The notes beneath the pieces are model-generated. The model saw nothing but the letters and a program-made list of their open reading frames with translations. It made no database searches and had not been told where the DNA came from. Below are positions 56,173 through 64,000 of a stretch of 64,000 nucleotides of DNA, piece after piece. Every line of letters begins with the position of its first letter. The first letter of the stretch is position 1. A program made the position numbers and the translations under genes. Source of the stretch: an uncultured delta proteobacterium (GTDB taxonomy: Bacteria; Myxococcota; Myxococcia; Myxococcales; Anaeromyxobacteraceae); contig CAVYBH010000011.1 in assembly GCA_963766715.1 (NCBI GenBank), positions 96,001 to 160,000 on the forward strand, read 5' to 3'.

Positions 56173-56976
56173 GTGCTCCGCCGCACCTTCCAGCTCACGA
56201 GCGGCATCGGCCCCTGGCGCGAGCGCCAGCTCTGGTCGCAGGGGATCGCGACCTGGGACGATCTCGAGGCGCGGCGGGGCGACGTCGCGTCGAAGCTCGA
56301 CGGCCGGCTGCTCGAGGCCGTGGCTCGGGCCCGGGCCGCGGTCGCCGCGGGGGACGCCGGTGCGCTCGCCGCGATGATGCCCGCCCGGGAGCGGTGGCGG
56401 CTGCTTCCCGTCTTCGCGGAAGACACCGCCTTCCTCGACATCGAGACCGACGGCGGCGAGACCGTCACCGCCATCGCCGTGCTCGACCGCGCCGGCCCGC
56501 GCGTCTTCCTGCGGGGCCGGGATCTCGACGACTTCCCCGCCGCCACCAGCGGCTGGAAGCTCCTCGTCACCTACAACGGCCTCTCCTTCGACGTCCCCAT
56601 GCTCCGTCGCGCCTTCCGCGGGTGGCGCCCGCCCCCGGCCCACGTCGACCTCCGCCACCTCTGGGCGCGCCTCGGCCACAAGGGCGGCCTCAAGCTGCTC
56701 GAGGAGGCGCAGGGGATCGGGCGGCCCTCCCACCTGGCCGGACTCTCCGGCTGGGACGCGGTGCTCCTCTGGCGTCGGCACGAGGCCGGGGATCCCGCCG
56801 CGCTCCGGCTCCTCGTCGAGTACAACCTGCACGACGCCGTGAACCTGAGCGCGCTGGCCAGCCTCGGCTACAACCGGATCGTCGAGCGGCTCGGCCTGCC
56901 CGCCGACCCCGTGCCCGTCCGGCACCGCGGGGACTGGCTGTACGACATGACCCGGCAGCTGCTGGCGCTGGGATGA
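56173..56976 (+). CDS. YprB/MrfB-like RNase H-fold (DEDD) exonuclease with N-terminal HhH
   Basis: SGIGPWRERQLW, FLDIETDG, TYNGLSFDVP, HVDL, GGLKLLE, YNLHD. Confidence 0.85.
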   Translation: MLRRTFQLTSGIGPWRERQLWSQGIATWDDLEARRGDVASKLDGRLLEAVARARAAVAAGDAGALAAMMPARERWRLLPVFAEDTAFLDIETDGGETVTAIAVLDRAGPRVFLRGRDLDDFPAATSGWKLLVTYNGLSFDVPMLRRAFRGWRPPPAHVDLRHLWARLGHKGGLKLLEEAQGIGRPSHLAGLSGWDAVLLWRRHEAGDPAALRLLVEYNLHDAVNLSALASLGYNRIVERLGLPADPVPVRHRGDWLYDMTRQLLALG

Positions 56977-57986
56977 GCCTGCTCGGGCTCGCCGCGATCG
57001 TCACCATGCTCGGCGCGACGCCACCGCCCCCGCCCCAGCCGCGCGACGAGGAGGGCCGGTTCCTCAACCTGGACCCGCGCGAATCGCACGGGTTCGGCGA
57101 CGTGCTCCGCTGGCAGCTGCTCGACCGGATCTCCGGCGCCAAGCGCTCCAGCCCGGACCGCGCGCCCGTGCCCACCGTCCCGCCGGACCGCGAGCGGCTG
57201 CGCGAGCCGCCCGCGCGGGGCGAGGGCGCGCGCATCACCTGGCTCGGCCACTCCTCGTTCCTGGTGCAGCTCGACGGGGTGTCGATCCTCGTCGATCCGG
57301 TCCTCGGCGATCGCATGGGACCGGCCGGCCTGATGTCGCGGAACGTGCCGCCCGCCCTGCGCCCCGAGGACCTGCCTCGCATCGACGCGTGCCTCGTCTC
57401 CCACGACCACTGGGATCACATGGACGTGCCCACCCTGCGCGCGGTGGGGGCCCCGGTGCTGGCCGGCCTGGGCACCGACGCGCCGCTCGCCCGGGAGAAG
57501 CTGGGCCACGTGCCGCTCCGCTGGTGGCAGACGGTGAGGATCCGCGACGTCGCCGTCACCTTCGTGCCGGCGCAGCACTTCAGCGGCCGCGGGCTGGGCG
57601 GCCGGGATCGGACGCTCTGGGGCGGCTTCGTGATCCAGGGGTCGTCGGCCACGCTCTACCACGCAGGCGACACGGGCTACTTCTCCGGGTTCAAGGAGAT
57701 CGGACGCCGCTTCCCCGGGATCGACGCCGCCCTGATCCCCATCGGCGCCTACGACCCGCGCTGGTTCATGAGTCCCGTGCACGTCGACCCGGAGGAGGCG
57801 CTCCAGGCCTTCGAGGACCTGGGGGCCCGGACGTTCGTGGCCATGCACTGGGGCACCTTCAAGCAGTCCGACGAGCCGCTCGACGAGCCCCCGGTCCGGC
57901 TCGAGGCGGAGCGCGTCCGGCGCGCCATTCCGCCGGAACGCGTGAAGGTCCTCGCCGTCGGAGAGACACTCGACGTCAAGCACTGA
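56973..57986 (+). CDS. MBL-fold metallohydrolase, NAPE-PLD/RomA-like
   Basis: Signal peptide, TWLGHSS, SHDHWDH, PAQHFSGR, AGDTGY, PIGAYDP, HWGTF. Confidence 0.9.
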   Translation: MSLLGLAAIVTMLGATPPPPPQPRDEEGRFLNLDPRESHGFGDVLRWQLLDRISGAKRSSPDRAPVPTVPPDRERLREPPARGEGARITWLGHSSFLVQLDGVSILVDPVLGDRMGPAGLMSRNVPPALRPEDLPRIDACLVSHDHWDHMDVPTLRAVGAPVLAGLGTDAPLAREKLGHVPLRWWQTVRIRDVAVTFVPAQHFSGRGLGGRDRTLWGGFVIQGSSATLYHAGDTGYFSGFKEIGRRFPGIDAALIPIGAYDPRWFMSPVHVDPEEALQAFEDLGARTFVAMHWGTFKQSDEPLDEPPVRLEAERVRRAIPPERVKVLAVGETLDVKH

Positions 57987-58152
57987 CCCGGGCTGGACGC
58001 TGGGTGATGCCCCAAACGGGATCGCAGCTGTCGCACCTTTGCCTCCACGCTCCGTGCGCCCCGCGTGGTGTCTCGCGAATGGGAGCTTCACAGGACTACA
58101 ATCGAGCCTCGACCCGCCGGGCGTTCCCGTGCGCGACCGAAGAGGAGAGCAC

Positions 58153-59598
58153 GTGGCCCAAGGTGAATCCCCGGTTCTGGCCGCGTCCTTCGAGCGCGTG
58201 GTGGGCGATCGGCTGGTGGCCGCCGAGCGGCTCGCCGCCTGGCTTCCCGAGATCCTCGGCGGCGCGCTGGTCGACGCCGACGTGGGCTACAGCCCGGCGT
58301 CCCGGTCCTTCCTGATCGTCGCCCGGACGTCGGGGCTCAAGCCCGCCGCCGAGGCCCGCTTCCGCTACTGGTGCGCGCGCGCCGGCGGGATGCCCTGGAA
58401 CCTCGTCGCCGAGAAGCCCGATGTGCGTGCGGCGATGGAGGAGCGGGCGGCCCGGTGCGAGATCCGATCGGCCGGCGTGCCGCCGCAGAACCTGGGCGCC
58501 GTCGTCGCCAAGATCGCCAACGTGGCCGGGGCGCCCGCGGACCGCCGCCCTGCCTCCCAGGTCCAGCCCACCCTCTCCATGGACGCCGGCAGCGCCGCCT
58601 TCGCCTCCGTCACCTGGGACCCCGCGGCCCGGAGGCTCTTCGTCCCCGGCGTGAGCGCGCCTCCGGTGGGAGACGTCGTCCGGCTGCTGCTCCGCGTCCC
58701 GCGGATGGACCGGCCGCTCGAGGCGAGCGGTCGCGTGATCGAGGTCCGCAACGAGCCCGACGCGGGCCCCGGAAAGGCGGCCGGGTTCACCCTCTCGGTC
58801 GACGGTCTCTCCGCCGTCCTGGCCGCGGCCCTCGCCACCCACGCCACGAGCTCGCACGACGCGGCGGTGAGCACCCGCGCCGCCCCGCGCTACGCGGTGA
58901 ACGCCCCGGTGAAGGTCCGGTCGGAGGAGGGCCCGACGGCCCGGCTCGAGTACGCGAGCCCGGAGGAGTTCGCCGACGACTACGTCGAGAACCTGTCGCA
59001 GGGCGGCGCCTTCGTCCGCACGCAGGCGGCGCTGCCGGAGGGGACGAAGCTCTCCCTCGACATGCGGCTGCCGGGCGGCGTGGAGTTCCGCGCGCCGGCC
59101 ACGGTCATGTTCCGCAATCCGCGCGGCATGGGCGTGAAGATCGAGCTCGACGAGGAGGGGCGCCACAAGCTCGCGGCCGTGCTGGCGCGCATCTCGGCCC
59201 GGCCGCGCCGGGCCCTGGTGGTCGACGACGACGCCCTCATCCTCCGGGCGCTCACCGACTCGCTGCAGGCGCGCGGCTTCGAGGTGCTCACCGCCAAGGA
59301 CGGGCAGGAGGGGCTCCACATCGTGGCCGACGAGCTGCTCACGCTCGACCTCCTCGTGACCGACGTGCGCATGCCCGAGATGGACGGCGAGACCTTCGTC
59401 CGGACCATCCGCGGGGCCGGCGGCGAGTCGGAGCTGGCCATCGTGGTGATCGCGGGGACCCTCGACCCGGCGCTGGAGAAGCGCATGGAGAAGGCCGGAG
59501 CGGACGCGGTGCTCGACAAGGCGCTCGGCCCCGAGGACCTGGCCGCCGCGGCGGATGCCGCGCTCGAGCAGAAGCGGATCGCGGCGCAGTCGAGCTAG
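58153..59598 (+). CDS. PilZ-PilZ-receiver domain signalling protein
   Basis: RAAPR and NLSQGG PilZ motifs, an upstream degenerate PilZ, C-terminal REC (VVDDD...TDVRMPEMDG...K). GAGGAG RBS. Confidence 0.85.
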   Translation: MAQGESPVLAASFERVVGDRLVAAERLAAWLPEILGGALVDADVGYSPASRSFLIVARTSGLKPAAEARFRYWCARAGGMPWNLVAEKPDVRAAMEERAARCEIRSAGVPPQNLGAVVAKIANVAGAPADRRPASQVQPTLSMDAGSAAFASVTWDPAARRLFVPGVSAPPVGDVVRLLLRVPRMDRPLEASGRVIEVRNEPDAGPGKAAGFTLSVDGLSAVLAAALATHATSSHDAAVSTRAAPRYAVNAPVKVRSEEGPTARLEYASPEEFADDYVENLSQGGAFVRTQAALPEGTKLSLDMRLPGGVEFRAPATVMFRNPRGMGVKIELDEEGRHKLAAVLARISARPRRALVVDDDALILRALTDSLQARGFEVLTAKDGQEGLHIVADELLTLDLLVTDVRMPEMDGETFVRTIRGAGGESELAIVVIAGTLDPALEKRMEKAGADAVLDKALGPEDLAAAADAALEQKRIAAQSS

Positions 59599-59603
59599 TG
59601 GCT

Positions 59604-61472
59604 CTAGCGGCAGGAGGCGTCGACCGGCACGTCGGCCGACACCGATCCCAGCCCGTCGCTCGCGGCGAGCGCGAGCCACCCGCCCGGGCGCGTTCCGCCG
59701 CACACCAGGTCCCCGCACAGGGAGAGGCCGATCGCGCACCCCTCCGGCGGGCAGGACGCCGGCGGGACCCCGGCCGCGAGGCAGTCCCCGGAGGACGTGG
59801 CGGTCAGGTCGAGCGGGTCGCCGTCGTCGTCGACCAGGAGCGGGACGGCAGCCGAACCCGACGCGTAGCCCATCCCGAAGCCCGTGCAGGCGTGCCCCAC
59901 CGGGTCGATCTCGCAGCAGACGCTGGAGCGGGTGCAGGTCGTGGACAGCGCCACGGCCGTCGCGAGCAGCCGCGGCGCCCGGTTGCGGATCTCGAGCGCC
60001 GTGGACTGGGCCGGGCCCGCGCCGAAGGGGTCGCGCGCCGAGACGCGGATCGACCGGGTGCCCGCGATGGCGGAGGCCGCGGGCCTCCCCGGGTAGGCCG
60101 CGCTGCAGGTGATCCAGGCGGTGCCCTGCCGGTTCTCCACGGCCGTGCAGAGCGGGTCACCCGCGGCGGAGAGAAAGACGGGGTCGCCGTCGTCGTCCAC
60201 CCAGGACGAGAGGGCGGCCTGGGCCAGGTAGCGACCGGTGGCGGCGTCGAAGCGGTGGTCGACGGCCGCGCTCGCGACGGCCGCCGACAGCCGGGGTGCG
60301 CGGTTCGAGATGGAGAGGTCCCAGCCGGCGGCCCCGCGCGCGCCGTTCACGTCGGCGACGACCAGGTCCACGCGCCGCCGGACGTCCGGACCGAGGAGGA
60401 AGGCCGCGTCGTCCGGCCGCGTGAAGGGCACGACCACGGTGACGTGGGCGCGATCGCCCAGGCTGCTGCGCCTCGAAGACCGCGCCGCCGTCGCCGGATC
60501 GGGTGGTCGTGAACCCGATGGGCGCGACCGGGTCGCCGTCGGGATCGCTCCAGGTGGCAGCCGGCGTGTCGCCGGAGGCCACGAAGCTCCGGGTGGCCGG
60601 CTCGTAGGCGTGCGGCAAGGTCATGCTCCCTCCGCCCGACACGACCGGCGGCCGGTTGCCGACGTCGACCCGCTGCCGGCCGACCGCCACCAGCCCGCGC
60701 GAATCGGTGGCGGCCACGACGAAGGTGTAGCGGCCGGCGATGGCCGTGCCCGCGGTCTCGATGCGGACGCGGGGCGCGGCGACGGAATCGCCCGGCAGGA
60801 ACGTCACGCGCGGAGGCGGCTGGGAGGCCAGCTCGGGCGGGAGCTCGACGGTCCAGCGGAAGGTGAAGGTCACGCCCGGCGGGGCGCTCGCCGCGGCGGA
60901 GAGCGTCAGCTCGGAGGAGAGGCCGTTCCAGGTGGTGCAGGAGAGAGGGGTGCCGCTGCAGGCGTGGTCGACCGCGAAGTCGGGCAGGGGCGAGACGAGC
61001 GGGGCGTCGGTGGTGCCCTCGACGTGGACGCGGACGACGCGCTCGGCGCTGCCGAGGCCGAGCGAGTCGGTGACCGAGAGGACGACGTCGTGGTCGCCCG
61101 CGCACGGAAAGACCACGGTGAAGTCGGCTCCCCAACCGGAGGCGGGCAAGGGGGTCGCACCCGGAGGTGCCGGCCGGCGCCGAGGCCCGCCAGGCCCACG
61201 CCGTCACGGCGTCGCCCGGGTCGGCGTCGTGGCTCCCGCCGCCCCGGAAGACCGCGGGGCGGCTGACCCCGATCGAGAGCGGCGCCTCGATCACGGCCTG
61301 CGGAGCGGCGTTGGCCACGCACTGCCCGGACCGGCACCAGGATCCGGGGGCTGCACGTGGAGCCCCCGGAGCAGGCGCGAGGTTCGGGCAGGTCGCCGCA
61401 ACCCGCGTGGAGGGCGGCGAGGAGCACGGCGAGCAGAGGGAAGCACGGAGAAGTGACCAGGCGAGGTTGCAC
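59604..61472 (-). CDS. Cys-rich PKD/Ig-like domain lipoprotein (about 3 frameshifts)
   Basis: Lipobox HAGC, NAAP..SHDADPGD..WAW, NRPP/NRAP, DPDGD/DDDGD repeats across successive frames. Confidence 0.75.
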
Positions 61473-61727
61473 GGATACACCCTTTAGAATTAGGCAGTAG
61501 GTAGGATAATGTGGGAGTCCAATCGGCGCAACACGAGTGGAGCAAGGATGCGAAGAGCGTTCCGGACAGCATTCCAGCGCCATCCAGCCGCGGATGACCC
61601 CCCGGCGTCCGGGGTGCGACCGGTTCGTCCGAACGGCGGACCGCCGGGCTGCGCCCGGGAGCATCGGTTCGCCGCGCCGCAGCGCGACACCGCGATTGCA
61701 TCCGCCCTCGGTCTCGACCGACCAATC

Positions 61728-62700
61728 ATGCGCGCCACCCCGCTCGTCCTCGTGCTCCTCGCCGCGGCGCCCCCGGCCTGGGGCGCCGGGTCGAACGTGC
61801 CGCCAGAGGTGGAGGCCGCGCACGTCGCGGCCGACGCCGCCTACCGGGCCGGGGACTACCGCGGGCGCGGCCCGCCGCTGCCGGGACATCCTGGCCGACC
61901 TGGGAGAGCGCCCGGCCCGGGAGGCGCCCGAGGACGAATGGAAGCAGGACCCTCCTCCAGCTGGCCCTGGCGGAATCCACCGTGGGAAACGCGACGGCCG
62001 CCCGGGGGGCCATGGATCAGGTGCTGGCGATCGACCCGTCGGCCCAGCTCGATCCCGAGCTCTTCTCCCCGGCCTTTCGCCGCGAGTTCGAGCAGGCCCG
62101 GCAGCGGGTCGCCGCGCAGCCGCGCCTCGAGCTCACGGTGACCACGCGGAGCGGGAAGGGGCGCGCGTTCATCCAGGGACGCCAGGTCGGCGACGTGCCG
62201 GCCGGAGCGGCGCTGCCTGCCGGAACCTACCGGGTCGGGGTCGAGGACGGCGGCGGCTCCCGGACCGTCACGGTCGAGCTGGCGCGGAACGAGTCCATGG
62301 TCCTGGACGTCGCCGCGCCCCCCCCCGACCTCTCGGCGCGGCCGCCACCGGTATCACTTTCCGTGGCACCGCCGCAGACGGGGGACTGGATCCGCCCCAC
62401 CGCCTGGGCCACCACCGGCCTCGCGGTGACGGCCGCCGGCCTGGCCACCTGGCAGGGGGTGCTGGCCGCCGGCTCCTCGCGGACGCGAAGGCCATGCTGC
62501 TCCCCGACGGCTCGCTCAAGCCGGGGATCGACCCGGCCACCTACGCCGCCCAGGTGAGCGAGTACGACGGGCAGCGCACCCGCGCCTGGGTCGCCGCCGG
62601 GAGCGCGGTCGCGCTCGGGGCGGGGGCGACGGTGCTCTGGCTGCTCGTGCCGTCCGCGCCAGTCGAGCCGGCGCCCGGTGGCGCGGCCATCCGCTTCTAG
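61728..62700 (+). CDS. TPR/PEGA-like exported protein with C-terminal TM hairpin (about 3 frameshifts)
   Basis: Signal peptide, LDPELFSP, LPAGTYRVGV (PEGA-like), Gly/Ala-rich helices, ends PAPGGAAIRF. Confidence 0.72.
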
Positions 62701-63996
62701 GGGCGGGCGGGCTCGGCCGCCGGGGGAGGCAGCGCTGCCCGCGCCGTCAACAGTCCCTCGAGCAGGACGCGGGACAGGTCCGGCCCCAGGTAGGTCCGCT
62801 TGGCCTCGCCGGTGCGGGCGCGGACGCCCTCGGGCGTCTCCACGTAGCCGACGTAGTCGCCGACGAGGGAGACCACCTCCGCCTCGGGCCCGCGCGGCCT
62901 CGCGCCACGATCGCCCCACCGCCTCGCCGGGCTCGGCCGGGACGAGGAGGAGGACCGCAGGTCCCGCTTGCAGCGCCACCACGCGCGTCCGCTCCGGGAG
63001 CCAGTTCCAGAGCAGGTTCGACAGCAGTCGATCGAGGAACGTGGGCACCGCGCCGAAGGACGGGGCGGGCAGGGTCACCTCGGCCGCCGCGGCGGCCAGC
63101 GCGGGCGCGTCGGACGGGGGCGGGAAGGGGAGGCGCCGGACCTCCTCGGCGACCCGTCGCGCGAAGTCCTCCGGCGTGGCGTCGCCCGCCGCCGGCGGCA
63201 CGACCCAGGTCTGGTCCCCCTCGGCGCCCTGGAGGAAGACCGTCACGCCGGGCAGGTCGCGCGCGAGCGCCCCCGGCCAGTCGCCGGAGAGCAGCCGGTT
63301 CCGGCTGCCCAGGACCGTGGCGTGGGCGGGAAAGACCACCACCTGCCCCAGCGGTTCACCCGTGGTCCGGTCCACCCGCAGTGCGAGCAGGCGGCCGCCC
63401 GGCTCGCCGCCGTCCCGGTTCCGCACCAGGTCGGGGCGCAGCGCCCGGGCCACCGACAGCCGGGCCGGCGCGAGCCCCGCCGCGGCGGCGCGAACGGCGC
63501 CGGCGATGCGTCCGGCCAGGGCGTCCTCCCAGGCGGGGTCGTGAGGCCCGGTGCCGAAGCGCGACCCCAGCGCGTCGTCCCAGTGGCCGCCCGGGCCGGC
63601 GTGGGTGTGGGTGGCGCCCACCAGCAGCGCATCGATGCGCAGGTCGGCGAGCTTCGCCTCCACCTTCGTCCGGAGCGCGGCGGGGACGAGCAGCACGTCG
63701 ACCGACGCGATGGCGACGGAGAGGCCCGGCTCGGAGAGGACGAGGGCGCGGACCATGGGCTCGTCGCGCACGCCCTGGCTCGCGTAGCGGAAGCGCGGGT
63801 AGCCGCCGACCGGTGTCCCCGGGGGCGCCGCGATCGGCACCGCCGCCGCGCCGGCCGCGAGCGGCCCATGGCCCCGCGCGGCCGAGAGGACGCGCGCCGG
63901 CCGCGCCTCGCGGGATCCGTGAACCGGAAAGATCGCCAGAAACAGCAGGGTTACGCCTGCCGCAGCGAGCGTCCAGCGCGTGAGCTTTTTCAGCAC
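62697..63996 (-). CDS. Neutral/alkaline ceramidase-like protein (frameshift ~62885)
   Basis: VGGY, VRALVL, ATHTHAGPG, FPAHATVLG, SGDWPG, FLQGAEGD, VPAEP, then DYVGY in the next frame. Stop shares CTAG with the convergent PEGA gene. Confidence 0.8.
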
Positions 63997-64000
63997 CCAA

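Noticed and set aside
57990..58150. c-di-GMP riboswitch upstream of the PilZ gene
   Set aside because: GGCAAA occurs only on the opposite strand and the GNRA/GCAAAG architecture is absent; the region looks like an ordinary promoter (TACAAT near 58097).

Overview
A very GC-rich bacterial chromosomal segment. Gene content and style (PilZ, PEGA, Cys-rich lipoproteins, ECF-caspase module) suggest Myxococcota, Anaeromyxobacter-like (inference). It holds about 54 protein-coding genes; I recognise no rRNA, tRNA, CRISPR array or transposase. Roughly 20 genes are broken by single-base frameshifts or TAG stops, most simply explained by an unpolished long-read assembly. Housekeeping content: DUF4175-like/peptidase/MoxR/DUF58/BatA-vWA cluster, nagZ, livKHMGF, MFS, glnA, glnB-ntrB-ntrC, pyk, mpg, TolC-TetR-MFP-RND, an RlmN-like radical SAM enzyme, pit/DUF47, AlaX, two PAP2 genes, an SF1 helicase and a YprB-like exonuclease. 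Best leads: (1) an ~8 kb ECF sigma / Zn-finger anti-sigma / exported caspase-beta-barrel / Cys-RCC1 lipoprotein / 2x DUF5666-like module between glnA and ntrC, tied together by a promoter motif TGTCYC-N16-GTGTCW present three times; (2) a second ECF operon whose last small gene copies the acidic tail of the anti-sigma (possible decoy); (3) a family of 17-bp NtrC-type operators; (4) a ~370-bp array of GCGACG/CGTCGC hairpins between the helicase and exonuclease; (5) repeated leaderless-gene signatures. All family names come from motif recognition, not database searches.
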